A DNA stretch of 64,000 nt from Prorocentrum cordatum (Eukaryota). Under the pieces are notes generated by a model that was not told where the DNA came from, did no database searches, and was given only the letters and a program-made list of their open reading frames with translations. Below, in pieces: positions 1-12,440 of the stretch. Numbering within the stretch: position 1 is the first letter of the stretch; each line of letters starts with the position of its first letter. The stretch spans positions 310,001 through 374,000 of the forward strand of contig CAUYUJ010000126.1 of NCBI GenBank assembly GCA_963575745.1, read 5' to 3'. A program made the position numbers and the translations under genes.

Positions 1-1334
1 CAGACAGACAGAGAGAAAACGCGCGATAGAGAGAGAGAGAGAGAGGATGGGTGGAGCGGAACTCAAGGGAGGGAGGAGGAAGGAGGGCAAGGGGGAGGGG
101 CAGAAGGGGGAGTAGGGCCAGCGTCAAACATCTGTCATGTGCTAGAAACCCAGGCCCCGGGCTCCCCGGGGCCGCAGCACACACGAGGTTCCCCATCGTC
201 CCCGCGCCCAGAGGCAGCACACTCCCCCCCCCCCCCCTAATTGACCCACTTTCGCCCCAGAGGCCAGCGAGTCCTTTCGAGGTCTCCAGGGGGGCTGTCT
301 GGACCTCCAGGGGCTTCCAAGAGGGCTCACGAGGACGCCAAGAGGCCACCAAGATGGCCCAAGACGCTCCAGTCACCCCTGGACGGCCGTGGAGGCCACA
401 ATATGCTTCAAGAGAGCCAAGGGAGCTTTCAAGATTGCCCAAGGGTCGGGCGTTGGTAGAACTGGGTTTAGTGGAACCTGTTTTAGTGATCTCTACTGGG
501 GGCGCCCCCCCGTCCCATTTCCACTACCTGGAACTGCCGTCACCCGAAAAAACACCAGCTATGGCAAACCTGGTTTAGTGATTCTGGCCAATTCGAAGGC
601 TCCGGGGCCCTACCACTAACTGGGTCCCCTTACCCGGGGTCCTGGCCATACCCGAAAGGGGGCTCCGAGACGGCCCCAAGAGAGCCAAAGAGGTTCCAAG
701 ATGCCCCCCCAATAAACAGGCCTCTGGAGGAATCGGAGAGGACCCGAGGGAGGAGGACGACGAGGAGGAGGAGGAGGAGGAGGAGGAGAGGGAAGGGGAC
801 CAGACCTCTGAGAGAGCGCGTTTCACGGGCGCTTGCCTTGGGAACATTCGGCGGCGCGTTTCGAACCGGAGGGTGGGCCCCTCCCCTCCCAAGACTCGGC
901 GCCGTCGATCAGAACCAGGGGGCCCCCCCTCCCCCCTATAGCCCCCCCCTCCCGAACCGCCCCCCCCCCCGCTCCCAAGGGGGGGGGTCCAAAACCCCCC
1001 CCCCGCGCCGGCGCCGGCGCTGGCGGCCGCCGCAGCGCCGCCAACGCAGCGACGATGACCCGAGAGGGCCCAGGAGTGGGGGGGGGGTTCAGATCCCCCC
1101 CAAGCGCCAGCGCCGGCGCTGGCGGCGGCCAGCAGCGCCGACGGCGGGGACGCAGCGACGATGACCAGAGAGGGCCGGAGGCTGCAGAGGGAACACACAA
1201 ATCGCCATATCGAGCCCTCGCATGCTCCCCACACGCCCCCGAAACCCTTCTGACGAAACCTCAAAAGGCATCCATGAGAAGTCTGACCGTTTGCCAAAAC
1301 ACAGTGGCGGGAAGAGCCGAAGGCCACACCACCG

Positions 1335-1950
1335 CCGGTCGCCACCACCACCGCCACCACAGACCACCATACCATCACCACCACCACCACCACAACCACC
1401 ACAACCCACCATCACCACAACCACCACCAGCACAACAGACCACCTCGCCACAACCACCACCAAGCACGCCACCACCACCACAATCCACCACAACCCACCA
1501 CAACCACCACCACGACAAACCACCACACCATTGCCACCACCACCAACACCACCGCCACAACACCACCATCACCACAACCCACCACCAACACCACCACCAC
1601 AACAAACCACCACCACCAACAACATCACCACCGCCACCATCACGACCATCACCATCACCACCTCAACCCACCACCACCACCACCACCATCTCACCACCAC
1701 AGAACCACCACCACCACAGCCACCACCACCACCACAACAGCTCACCACCACCACCACCATCAATACAACAACCCACCACCACTACCACCACCATCACCAC
1801 AATCCACCAAACCACATCCACCACCGCCACAATCACCACCACTACTACCAGCAGCACAACCCACCACCACCACCACAACCACCACAAGCCACCTCACCGC
1901 CACCACTACCACCGCCACTACCACCACCACCAGCACCCCCACCGCCGCCG
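1335..1950 (+). repeat. Degenerate (CAC/ACC/CAA)n microsatellite
   Basis: Low-complexity CAC-rich tract, directly visible. It explains the poly-His/Pro/Thr ORFs in the track. Confidence 0.9.
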
Positions 1951-2001
1951 CCAGCCGCCGCCGGCCCGAGGAGAGGGATGGAGGAGAAGTAGGGGGAGGG
2001 G

Positions 2002-2118
2002 GACGGGGGGGGGAGGGGTTCGAACCCCCCCCTCCGTCACGGGAAGGGGGGGAGGGGGGTTCGAACCCCCCCCTTCCATCCAGGTGGGGTGGGGGGAAGG
2101 GGTTCAACCCCCCCCCCC
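2002..2118. repeat. Three tandem G-run/TTC(G)AA/C-run hairpins
   Basis: Three copies of gggg-ttcgaa-cccc or gggg-ttcaa-cccc. Related copies lie at ~978-1003 and ~1078-1101. Confidence 0.7.
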
Positions 2119-2500
2119 AAGCAACCACAGAACGCGCTCTTTCGGACGGACCTCTCATCCTCCCCCTCCTGCGTTTCCTCTTCTTCCTTCTCCTGATCCT
2201 CCCCTCCTCCTCCCGTTTCTCTGTTCCCTCCTCCTCCAGCCTCCCCCTCATTATTCTGCCCTCCTTTCCGCTTCCTCTTCGTCCTCGCGCGACCTGCGAA
2301 TCTCAGGGCCCGCCGCAAGCAATCGTGTTCACTCTCGAGAGGTAGTAGCACATGTGTTTCCTTCTGCCAGCGGGCCGCGTAACTGGAGCCGTGCGCCAAT
2401 GGTCTCAGTGACAGTCTGGAAGAACCTCGCTGGAGTTGTGCCATCAGTGCTCTGGGTTGCATGTGTCCTGCGAGGGCTTCGATTCAGCGGGCCTACTTTT

Positions 2501-2873
2501 AGGTCGGGCATGTCCCCCTACAAGAAGATGTTGGACGAAAAATGAAGAATACTCGAACAATATTCAAAAATAGCAAAAAAATCAGTGGATGTTTTGCGCT
2601 AAGGAGATCGACCGGGCACCAGGGAGTCAGGGAACCCAAAACCCAACGAAATCGGCCAGGAACCAATAAGTGGGAACCCGGGAACCCGCCAGAACCTGAA
2701 ACCCGGGAACCCAGCCTGCTACCAAAACTGGCGGGAAACTTTCGCCAAATCTTTCAACTTCCGCTAGGACCCCTTTAGTGCAAACACTGATTGGGGAAGT
2801 AAACAAATAGTTCCCGGAGTATGTTTTAAAACTATGTTTGAACATTCCACCTGTAGAGGGACACGCCCGACTT
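2501..2873. mobile_element. Putative MITE with ~32-bp imperfect terminal inverted repeats (family A, copy 1)
   Basis: The left end aggtcgggcatgtccccctacaagaagatgtt matches the reverse complement of the right end aacattccacctgtagagggacacgcccgactt. A second copy is at ~34170-34502. Confidence 0.6.
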
Positions 2874-4766
2874 AAGCCTACTTGAAGAAAAGATAGGCAC
2901 CAAGAGAACCGGCAAGGGCCCCGATATGCCCTCCTCATTCTCATCGCATCGTCCGCGCCTCCCCCCCAACGCCTTCTTCGGCCTTCCTGCTCATTGTCCT
3001 ACCTGTGTTACGACCCCTCCTGGTCCTTCTATTCGGTTACTCCCCTCATCCGCGGGAGATCAATGGGCAAGGCAACACATAACGCATCGGGCCGCAATCA
3101 ATTCATATCGTTCACCCGACCGTCAGCCCAGAAGTTGAGCAGCGAGAAAGTTGCAAACACGCGAATTCAGCACGCAATGGTGTTGAGCACACGCGTTGGT
3201 GCCTGGTCGAAGGTATCTCCTCTCTGATATGTCGGTTTTCTGGCGTTGCGCGCCGAACAGCAAGCAGCGATTGCGTTGTGCCCCCTTTTGAGCTGCCTGC
3301 CCCTCTCGCGATTTCAGGGAAACGGATTTCCAAGACGATGTCTGGGATTTTCCCATCACAGCACTGAGAAGACCTGAAGCGCGCGCGAAGCGCGCGCGGG
3401 GTCCTAGTAACATAACAGGAGAAAGCAAAACAGGAGGGCGAGAGGATTCGGAGGAGCAGCAGCAGCAGCAGCAGGAAGGCCTGAAAACCACCGACAACCT
3501 CCCACTGAATCACAACAGCCCACCAGACATCCGATGCCCACATGCCCACATACTTCCAGCTCCTCCTCCTCCTCCTCCTCCTCCTCCTCCTCCTCCTCTG
3601 CTCTTCCTCATCCTGCCGTCCTCCTGCCTACATCCTTCTCCTCCGCCTCCCCCCATTCGCCTCCCTCCTCTCTCCTCCTCTTCCGCCCTCCCCTCCTCCA
3701 CTTCCCCCACCGCCCTCCTCCTTCCCCGCCGTCCTGCCTCCCCCCCGCCCCTCGCCCCCGAACGCCCGCCGAGCCACGACTCCCTCGCCGTAGCGCGCCG
3801 GAGGGACATAGCCTGACGCGGTACGCGCCCTCCCCATAGCCAAGAGAGGGCCTGGCCCGACGCCGCCCCCGCCGGCAGCGCACCCCAGCGCCTTTGACCC
3901 CAATCTGACGCCAGGTTCGCGCGTGGCCGGAGGTTAACCCTGGCCTGAGGTGGCCCCTGCTTTTCCAGGGAGGCCCAACTAGCCTCCAGGTTACCTTCAC
4001 AAAGCCTAGAGGGCCCTGAAGGCTCCAGGCTGATCCGAAAAGCTCGGGGAGCCTTGGGGCAGGATCACCTCTGACAACGTCCGACGGGCTGCTAAACCTG
4101 ACGCCGCCCCCGCCAGCACTCGCCAGGCCCACCAAAAGTGGGACAGTGGATGCCAATTCGCTTCAGCAAAGAGAAAGGTCGTGTCGATGGCAGAATATGT
4201 GAAAACCTCCCCCCTTCCCAACCCCCACACGTGCCGTCTACTGGCACTCGAGTTCGCGCGGAGCAGTCGCAATATCAAGTTTGTATCAGGTTGCCCAGGG
4301 CAGATGTGTCGGGGAATATGCTGCAGTTGATGATACTGTGTTTGTATATTGACTTCGCCCACCCCCGAGAGTAGAAGTACAAACAGTAGTACCTGTCGGT
4401 CGGAAGAAGTGGGTAGAAACATGACGTAGGAAGGCGTTGGAAGTAGATTGGGTCTCCGCCCGCCCCCTGAAAAGGGGGGAAGACGGACAACCGCTCGACT
4501 CTTGAAGTAGGAGGGTGCGTGAAAGAAATTGGGATCTAGCTATCCCAAAACACCTACTCTCAACGACCGGCGTGTACATGAACCTCAGATTTGGAAGGTC
4601 CGCGCGGACTACCTCGGTCGGCACTGGACCCCCCTCCCCTGGCGCGCAAAGCGCCTCAGGGGCGGCACCCTCTGGCGCCGCCAGCGCCGAGCGAAGCAAT
4701 CCGCAACTCTAGCGAAGGCTTATGGTCATGCCGCGTGTCATTGTTCGACAGAGGTCGGGGACCAAC

Positions 4767-4925
4767 TGACCCGGGTCAATTGAAGCCCCGACCGGCCGGG
4801 CCTTGCAGGATCCAGCAGGACCCTGCGCCCAAACCCGGGTCAGTGTAGCCCTGGCTCTGCAGGATCCTGCGCAAGGTCCAGCGCTCTGACTGACCCCTGT
4901 TTGCACTGACCCCTGTCTCTTCAGC
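4767..4925 (+). repeat. Dispersed repeat 'gatcctgc...cccaaacccgggtca...ctgaccccc' (family B)
   Basis: The same motifs recur at ~5340-5435 and, internally multiplied, at ~31977-32190. Confidence 0.7.
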
Positions 4926-5579
4926 CCCGAAGATCGGGGGCGGGTCGCCAAATCCATGGATCGGGGGAGGTGCCCTCCCCCAGAATGCGGCCGGTGCCGC
5001 CTTGCTCGGCGGCGGACATCCGCGATTTCCCATGGAAACGGGCCCCGTCGCTAATCCAAGCCCCCTTGATCCGTGTTTGCGATCGCCTGAGAAGAGGGAG
5101 GTCCTGACGCGGTACCGGAGCCTCTCCCGCGCCTCCTCGGCCGAGGACTTCTCCGCGGGTGCGGCGGCCGCCTGCCGCGCCGTCGGCCGACGCCGTCAAA
5201 ACGCTGTGGCCGCCGTCGCCGCCATCGCCGTCGCGGCCGCCGCCGTCACATTCGCCGTCGCTGCCGCCGTCGACACAGACGTCGCCACGGTCGCCAGTCA
5301 CCTTCGTCGCCGTCGTCCCCGCCAGGGCCAGTCGGGCTCTGCACCCAAGCCCGGGTCAGTGCAGCCCTGGCTCTGAGGGATCCTGCAAGATCCCGCGCTC
5401 TGACTGACCCCCGTTTGCATTGAACCTCGTCTCTTGGCCCCGATTTCTGCACCGTTCGAGGGCGCTCGCCGTCGTCGTGTTGGTGTCAGTGCTTCGTCAG
5501 TCGTCGTCGTCGTCGTCGCGCTGGCGCCCTGCCGCGGCTCTTCGCTGGCCCGAGGAGCAGGGGGGAGGGGAGGCTTATT

Positions 5580-5892
5580 TCTCCTCGTCCTCCTCCTCCT
5601 CCTCGTCCTCCTCCTCCTCGTCCTCCTCCTCCTCCTCCTCCTCCTCCTCCTCTTCCTCTTCCCCCTCCTCCTCCTCCTCCTCCTCCTCCTCCTCCTCCTC
5701 CTCCTCCTCCTCCTCCTCCTCCTCCTCCTCCTCCTCCTCCTCCCCTACCTCCCCTACCTCCTCCTCCTCCTCCTCCTCCTCCTCCTCCTCCTCCTCCTCC
5801 TCCTCCGCCTCGTCCCTCTCGTCCTCGTCCTCCTCCTCCTCCTCCTCCTCTACCTCCTCCTCCTCCTCCTCCTCCTCCTCCTCCTCCTCCTC
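5580..5892 (+). repeat. (CCT)n microsatellite
   Basis: Directly visible. Confidence 0.95.
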
Positions 5893-7069
5893 CGATCCGC
5901 CCCCTTCCATGCGCTTAGACAGGTCTAGCTCAAGATACAGATCAGTTCAGTCAGGATTCGGACGCAGAAGACGACATGATCCACAACACAATAGAGGACA
6001 ACACTGTTCAAAACAACACGGCATGGCGCAACACAACCTCTGGCACGGTGTCATCGCCATCGATATCTTCAACACTGCCTCTGCCCATCACCCAAGCCAG
6101 GTATGGAAACTCTTCCGTGCTTCGCGTCGCCATACCCCTTTCTGCGTTCCTCTATTGACATGTGTATGCTGGGCCGCGAAACAGCGGCGTCAAACTCTTT
6201 GTCGTAAGGCGTCTTGGCCAGAGCACCTCGGTGGAGGGTTCCACTGCCCATCACCCGAGAAAGCTCAGTGGTTGGACGCTGGAACAAGATAGGCCACGCC
6301 AGCACGCAAGCTCCCCGGCTAACGCACGCCGCGGCCGCCAGAGCATCCCACGGAAGCAACTATGGCGAAACCCGCTCCCGCAGACGAGCCGCAGCGCCAC
6401 CGCCCAGGCCTTCCAGCGCGCAGCGGGGAGACGCGTTTGTCCAGTAGGTGGCAGGTGCAGTGGCTGGCGGTGGCACGGTACTCCACGTTTTAGGTGGCTG
6501 CAGCTGGATGCACAGTGGCATCATGTCCTCTTGCGCGCATCTACCAGCCACTGCAAGTTCCACAGCTGCTGCTATAACTGCTTCTGGTCCTCCCTCCGCT
6601 GCCTCCTAAAGAGAAACCCAAACTCATGCACAAGCAAACTTTCGGAGGTCCGCGCGGATTGCTTGGATCGGCGCTTGGCCCCTCCTCTCTGGAGCGCGCG
6701 GCGCCCAGCGCTGAACCAAGACATCCGAGCAGACCTCCGAAAGTTTCTGCTCATCCTGTTCTCTGCTATTCGATCGTCCTCTCTGCCCCTCTCCCCTCCT
6801 GAGGGGCAACGCCAGGGGTGACTGGCTCAGGAGGGAAACTATCGATCCGAAATCGGCGCTACGTCGCCGATAGATCGGCGAGAGGCCCCCGATGCCGACC
6901 CCGCACGTACTTGGGCTTGGTGGCTCGGCCAGCAGGCCCCCATCGGCGAGCAGTGTGCGATTGGGGGTCGGTGCATCCGCCCCTGAGCTTCATCCCCCCT
7001 AACATTGCCTCTGATCTTTACTCCTCTGTCCTCCGCCTCCTCCTCCTCCTCCTGCTCCTCCTCCTCCTC

Positions 7070-7600
7070 CTCAGCCCGGCGGCAATGCCGGCAATCCTGC
7101 CTTAACTCCACACCCGTACACCATAGAGGCATCGTCCTCCAGGACACAGCCCGGCGGCGAGGCTGGCGGTCCTGTTCCCAACGCTGGCACACCAAAGGCA
7201 CTGACCTCCGGGACATAGCCCGGCGCAAATGCCGGCGGTCCTGCTGCCGTCCCGTACGCACATCAGAGGTGCTGACCTCCAGGACACAACCTGGCGACCA
7301 TGCCGGTGGTCTTGCCTCTACTCAACATTCGTGCACCATATATAGACGCATCGTCCTCCAGGACACAGCCCGGCGGCAAGGCCGGCGGTCCTGCTCCCAC
7401 TCAACACTCGCACACCAGAGGCACTGACCTCCAAAACATAGCCCGGCGCAAATGCCGGCGGTCCTGCTGCCATCCCATTCGCACACCAGAGGCATCGACC
7501 TCTGGGACAGCCCGGCGGCAATGCCGGCGGTCCTGTTTCCACCCCACACTCGCACAACAGAGGCATAGACCCCCAGCGGAAATGCTGGCGGTCCCGCCTT
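7070..7600 (+). repeat. Degenerate minisatellite, ~70-80-bp unit, about 7 copies
   Basis: cagcccggcggcaatgccggcggtcctg...cacaccagaggca..gacctcc recurs at ~7072, 7147, 7216, 7287, 7367, 7440 and 7510. Confidence 0.8.
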
Positions 7601-8866
7601 CGTTTTACCTCTCCAGTGCGGCGCGTTTCTACTTGCGTTGGGCTCAAATTCCAGACTCGCTGCATTGTATAACGAGGATTTTGTTGTCAGACACCCGTGC
7701 ATCATTGGTTTACCTTTCAGGGGATCGGGTCCTTACGTTTCGGCTTTCGGAGGCCTCTGGAAGAGGTGGCGGGCCAAAAGGAAGGGTCGCCGCGCCATGC
7801 CCCTCCAGGGGTCCACGGGCGGGCACGCACGGCCGGCCCATGAGAGCCGAGCCCGAATTCCCGCTGCGCCACTAGCGCCGACGCCTTTGTCTTCTCTCTC
7901 TCTCTCTCTCTCCCTTCTCTCTCCCTCTGGAGGGGATGAGAGGAAGTAGGAGGAGGGGGCTTTGGACACCGTACTCAAAAGTACATTTGAGGAACGCGTG
8001 CGGCCACGTAAATGTCCACCGGACAATTCGGCGTGCTGACCACACCAGAGGGCTCATCAATCAGAGCGTGGAGCACGCACGTTCCGCATTGTGAGGGGCG
8101 CGCTCGCATACGACCCCGGCCTGTTCCCATGCGAGCGCCTATCGCACCACGCAAACTCAGGACTTTCAGGATGAGACTTCCAAGCGGTCGTGGATCACCG
8201 AACTCTATGGGTCGCCTCATCCTTAAAGATGGGCTTAGGCGCCCTGAAGCCTGTAGCGTCCTTGGCAGTCCTCCTCTCTGAAGCAGGCTGCCCGCGGCCC
8301 TTCGCTGCTTTCTGCCCGAGGCGAGCGCGGGGAGAACGCCATCTCTACGCCGACGCCTCTCGTGGCCAGGCCCAGCTCTGCGCCCAGGGCCGACCCCCGC
8401 CAGGGAGCCCAAGGGGCCGCGGTCGGCGCATCGCCGGCACCCTCTGGCAGCGGCCCGCAGCCGTGCGCCCGGCCCCTCGGTGTCTGAACCACGCCACGCC
8501 CTAGTCGCCCCGCCAGCTCCTCGCCATGCAGCAATTGGGCTCCTCCTGCTCCTCCTCCTGCTCCTGCTCCTGCTCCTCCTCCTCCTCCTCCTCCTCCTCC
8601 TCCTCCTCCTCCTCCTCCTCCTCCTCCCCGCACCGCCTCCTCCACCTGCTCCTCCTCCTCCTCCTCCTCCTCCTCCTCCTCCTCCTATACAATTACACAA
8701 CATGAATAGTACTCTCCTCTCTCCCCTGGTGACGTCTGGGAAACATTCGGCCTCCCTCCGCGTGCTGGTTTTTGTACCCGCGCAGGATTCCCGGGAGTTT
8801 TGTTTTCGCTTGGATGTTTTTTCAGAATGCTGCTCTCGCTCAAGCGCTGGTCTCCTTTCGGGCTAC

Positions 8867-9378
8867 CGCTCGTTCCGGATCGTGCTCCCACCGCAACGCT
8901 GGCGTCCTTATTTCCAGCGCCATGCCACGGCATGGTTTTCGGTTCTTTCAATTAGGCCCCAAAATCTAAAACATGCACCCCGAAACAATCAGAAGTGATT
9001 TCACATTCGGTGTCGATTCGTTAACTTTTTGGGTCCCAGAAGCCCCCCACTACACTTGGGGCGTCGCCACGCCATGCTATGTCAGGCTACGCGTCCTCCG
9101 AATCGTACTCCCGCTGCAACGTTGGCCTCATTATCGCGCTTCCGCTCGTTCCGAATCGTGCTCCCGCTGCAGCGCTGGCGTTATCATTTCCAGCGAGCGC
9201 CATGCCACGGCATGGTTTTCGGTCCTTCCAACTAGGCCCCAAAATCTAAAAATTGCCCCCCCACCACAGAAACAACCACCGGAAGTGATTACACATTCGG
9301 TGTCGATTCGTTGACTTTTGGCCTGCAGAACACCCCCCCCCGCACTTTGGGGCGTCGCCACGCCATGCTATGTCAGGA
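8867..9378 (+). repeat. Tandem duplication of a ~220-240-bp block
   Basis: ~8867-9088 and ~9143-9378 share cgctcgttccg.atcgtgctccc...ccatgccacggcatggttttcgg...taggccccaaaatctaaa...cacattcggtgtcgattcgtt...gcgtcgccacgccatgctatgtcagg. Confidence 0.85.
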
Positions 9379-12289
9379 TACGCGTTGATCTTCAACACCA
9401 TGCTATGCCATGTAATGCTATGCTCTGCTAAGACATCCGACTGTGCAAATCCATATGATATCTACGGCATTGTAGGGGATGGGAGGGAGGGTTATGATGT
9501 CAGATATGACGCGAGCGCACCTAGCGTGCCTCCTCCTCCCCCTCCTCCTCCTCCTCCGCCTCCTCCCCCTCCTCCTCCCCCTCCTCCTCCTCCTCCTCCT
9601 CATCCCCTCCTCCTCCTCCTCTTCCTCCTCCTCCTCTTCTTCCTCCTCCTCCTCCGCCTCCTCCTCCTCTTCCTCTTCCTCCACCACCTCCTCCTCGTCC
9701 TCCTCCTCCTCCCTCTCCTCCACCCCCCTCCTCCCCCTCCTCCTCCTCCTCCTCCTCCTCCTCCTCCTCAGACGCCCGCAGACGATTTTTGTTTGTACCT
9801 GCAGGGAGGGTGGAAATGAATCAAATCGCTGGCTCTCGGTGGTGGTTTATACCTCGCCACCCGGCCCTAAGGCCCAGGAACGGTCCATCGGAGGGTGTCT
9901 GTGCACGTACTCCTGTGGCGCATGAGCGACGGCGCAGCCCGGGGCCGCTGTCGGTGCAGCGCCGGCATCCTCCGAGGGCGGCCCCCGGCCGCGCCCCGTC
10001 CCTGGGTGCCTGCGCGATGGCGCAGCTCATAGCAAGGGCTTTTTGGGTTTAGGGTCTCGGGTTTCAGCCACGGAACACGGGTCGCCCTGTGGGCGCGCCT
10101 GCTTGGCCCGCTGGCCGCGTGTGGTGCAGCAGCGGCGGCCTTCGCGCCCGGGCTGGGGCCCGCACCCCACCCCAAACACGAACGGCTGCTCTGGCACGGG
10201 GCCGCTCCTGGCGGGCGACGAGCGGCAGAAGAGAAGCTGCTCCGCCGTCGAGGGCGCCTGCCCCCCTGGCGGCTGGAGAGCTAATGCCCCTGCGCGGCAC
10301 CGCAGGGGCATCAACTTTGCGTCCGCCCGGGGGGCAAGCGCCCCCCGGCGGCGGAAAACGTGTTATTCTATACCTCTCTTCGCCCCCGAGCACCTCCGCG
10401 TGCAGCCGGCAGGCCCACGCGCCCAGGAGCCGCCGTCCTGCGGCCCCCGGCGGGGCCCGCGGCCGCAGCCGTGGGCCGCCAGGCGCCGCCCGGCATCGCC
10501 GCGGCGGTGGCCTTCACCATCCGCAGCCCCCCGTGAGGCGAAGCCAGGACGAACACTCGGGCGAGGAGAAATCGGGAACCTCTGAGATCCCGCGGCTCGG
10601 GCGCCGCGGCCTCCTCGGAGCGTCCTGGAACGCGCTGATCGGCGGCGAGCGAGAGGAGTGAGAAGGAGAGGGCCTTCCTAGAAGGCTCCAAAGTCCCCTG
10701 GCTTTCTGAGAAGTTTGCCGAGCTTTCCCCGAAGACATCGAAAACCTCTCAGAAGGCTGGAAGCCTTCTGAGAAGTCCCGCTGCCTTCTGGGAAGGCCTT
10801 CTCCTTCTCACTTCCCCCCTCGCTCGCCGCCGAGCTGAGAGCGTTCCAGAACGCTCTTCCACGGATGTATCCTCGTCCTGGCCCCGTCGGACCCCGCTGT
10901 CCCATCCTGGCGGCGGCGGCGACGACGGCGACGTCCGCGGCTGGGGCCGAGGCGCAGAAGGCAAATTGGCAGTGCCTAGCCGGCCACCTCAAACAGTGGG
11001 TGGCGCAGCTGCTTCCTCCCGCGCCTGGATGCGCGCCGCCGGCGCCAGCATCCCAGGTGTCGAGACGAGGCGCGAAGCGAACGCGAGGACGACGGTCCTC
11101 CTGCGCCTGAGGAGAAGGAGGCGTGCTGAGGGTACGCACTTCCCAAAGGCTCAAAGGCTTCGGTTGTTATTGGCCTTCGTGCCGGCTGTACTTCAAGGCT
11201 GCCCTGGGCTCCCGACATGGCCCAGGCCAGGCTGGGGTAGCGCTGACACAGGTCAGCCCGTCGCCAGAGGTCCGCTATCCCCTCGGCAGCAACAGCGACA
11301 GCGACATCGACAGAGACAGAGACAGCGACGACGACGACGACGACTTCCAGAAATATCTGGATGCGATGTCCCTGGAGGCCTCCAAAGGTCCCTGGAGGCC
11401 CCTGACAGGCCTCTGACCGAAGGCCCGAAAAACTACCAAACACGCCCGCTGGAATCCTCAGTCCTCAACCTTTCGAACCTCTGAACCTCTTACCGTCAAA
11501 GAAAAGTCGGCTACACGCAAGAGTGACCCTGGGTAAGAGTGACCTTTGGTGCGCGGCTTTTTGGGGGACCGCGGGGGGACCAAACCCAAGCGCGCGAGAC
11601 GCTATCATCGCATCGCGTTCGGCGATCGGGGGGCCCCAATGGACCCGCACCAAAGGTCACTCAGGCGAAGGGTCATTCTTACGTCTCGTCGAATGAAAGG
11701 GCTCCGAGGGAACCGCGTCCTGGTCCAGGGGTTCTCCCCGGGACCCACTTCCCATCCCAAGCCGATCTTATTAACGGCCCTGGGGGGGCCCCGGAGGCCG
11801 AAGACGGCAGGCAAACTCGGGGCACCTCCCTCTTGGGCCTCCTGGGTCCATGGGAACGCCTCTCAGAAGGCAGCTCTTCCTTAGAAGGTGCCGGCCCTGT
11901 ATCTACAGACAAGGCCGGCGCCTTCTGAGAAGCAGGGGTGCTTGTACTAGCCTCGTCAAACATACACAGAAGACTTCTGAATTCGGTGATTGTGGGGTCA
12001 GCACTACTCCAATGCTGACGGATGCCTCCTCGGACGCGGCGTTGTCCAAAAACTGGCCCCACCCTCTTAGCAGTGAAGAACGCGCTGTGCCCGTAAGCAT
12101 CGTGCTCCAAGATTTCAACTTTAGGGGGCCACGTGCGAACTCTACCCCTACCCCCCACGATTTCTGAGGGGGAGGGTGGGGTTTACTCAGTCCAGGAGCT
12201 CCAGAGCGAAGTGAACCCCACCCTCCCCCTCAGGAATCGTGGGGGGTAGGGTGTGGCCCCCTAGGGGACTCGGGCTGGCCTGGCGGGGC

Positions 12290-12440
12290 CACCAAGAAAA
12301 CGACGAGACCCAATCTGAAACTTGGCGCGAGCTTCTGCTGCAGACGTCCCACGAAAACTGGACCGTCAGAATTCAGGACGCTCTCGTCAAGAAGCGTGGG
12401 CAAACCCGAGTTCCGGCGTACTCGAGTCTTACGTTCCCCC
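12290..12440 (+). repeat. Dispersed repeat (family C), second copy at ~33710-33860
   Basis: Both sites contain acgacgag.cccaatctgaaa...cgcgagct...cgaaaa...ggaccg.cagaa..cagga.gc.ctcgtcaaga. Confidence 0.7.

Noticed and set aside
2010..2075. tRNA genes suggested by GGTTCGAACC
   Set aside because: There is no D-arm, anticodon arm or acceptor stem, only homopolymer stems.
833..2545. 570-aa His/Pro/Thr-rich ORF and similar homopolymeric ORFs (e.g. 30291-31814, 38273-40359, 50322-51986, 54823-55986)
   Set aside because: These are stop-free translations of trinucleotide repeats with no domain content.
4140..4640. Minus-strand fragment with a faint 2OG-Fe(II) oxygenase-like look (RYYCLYFY...GWEGGRF)
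   Set aside because: It is interrupted by a stop, shows no clear HxD...H motif, and cannot be supported without a search.
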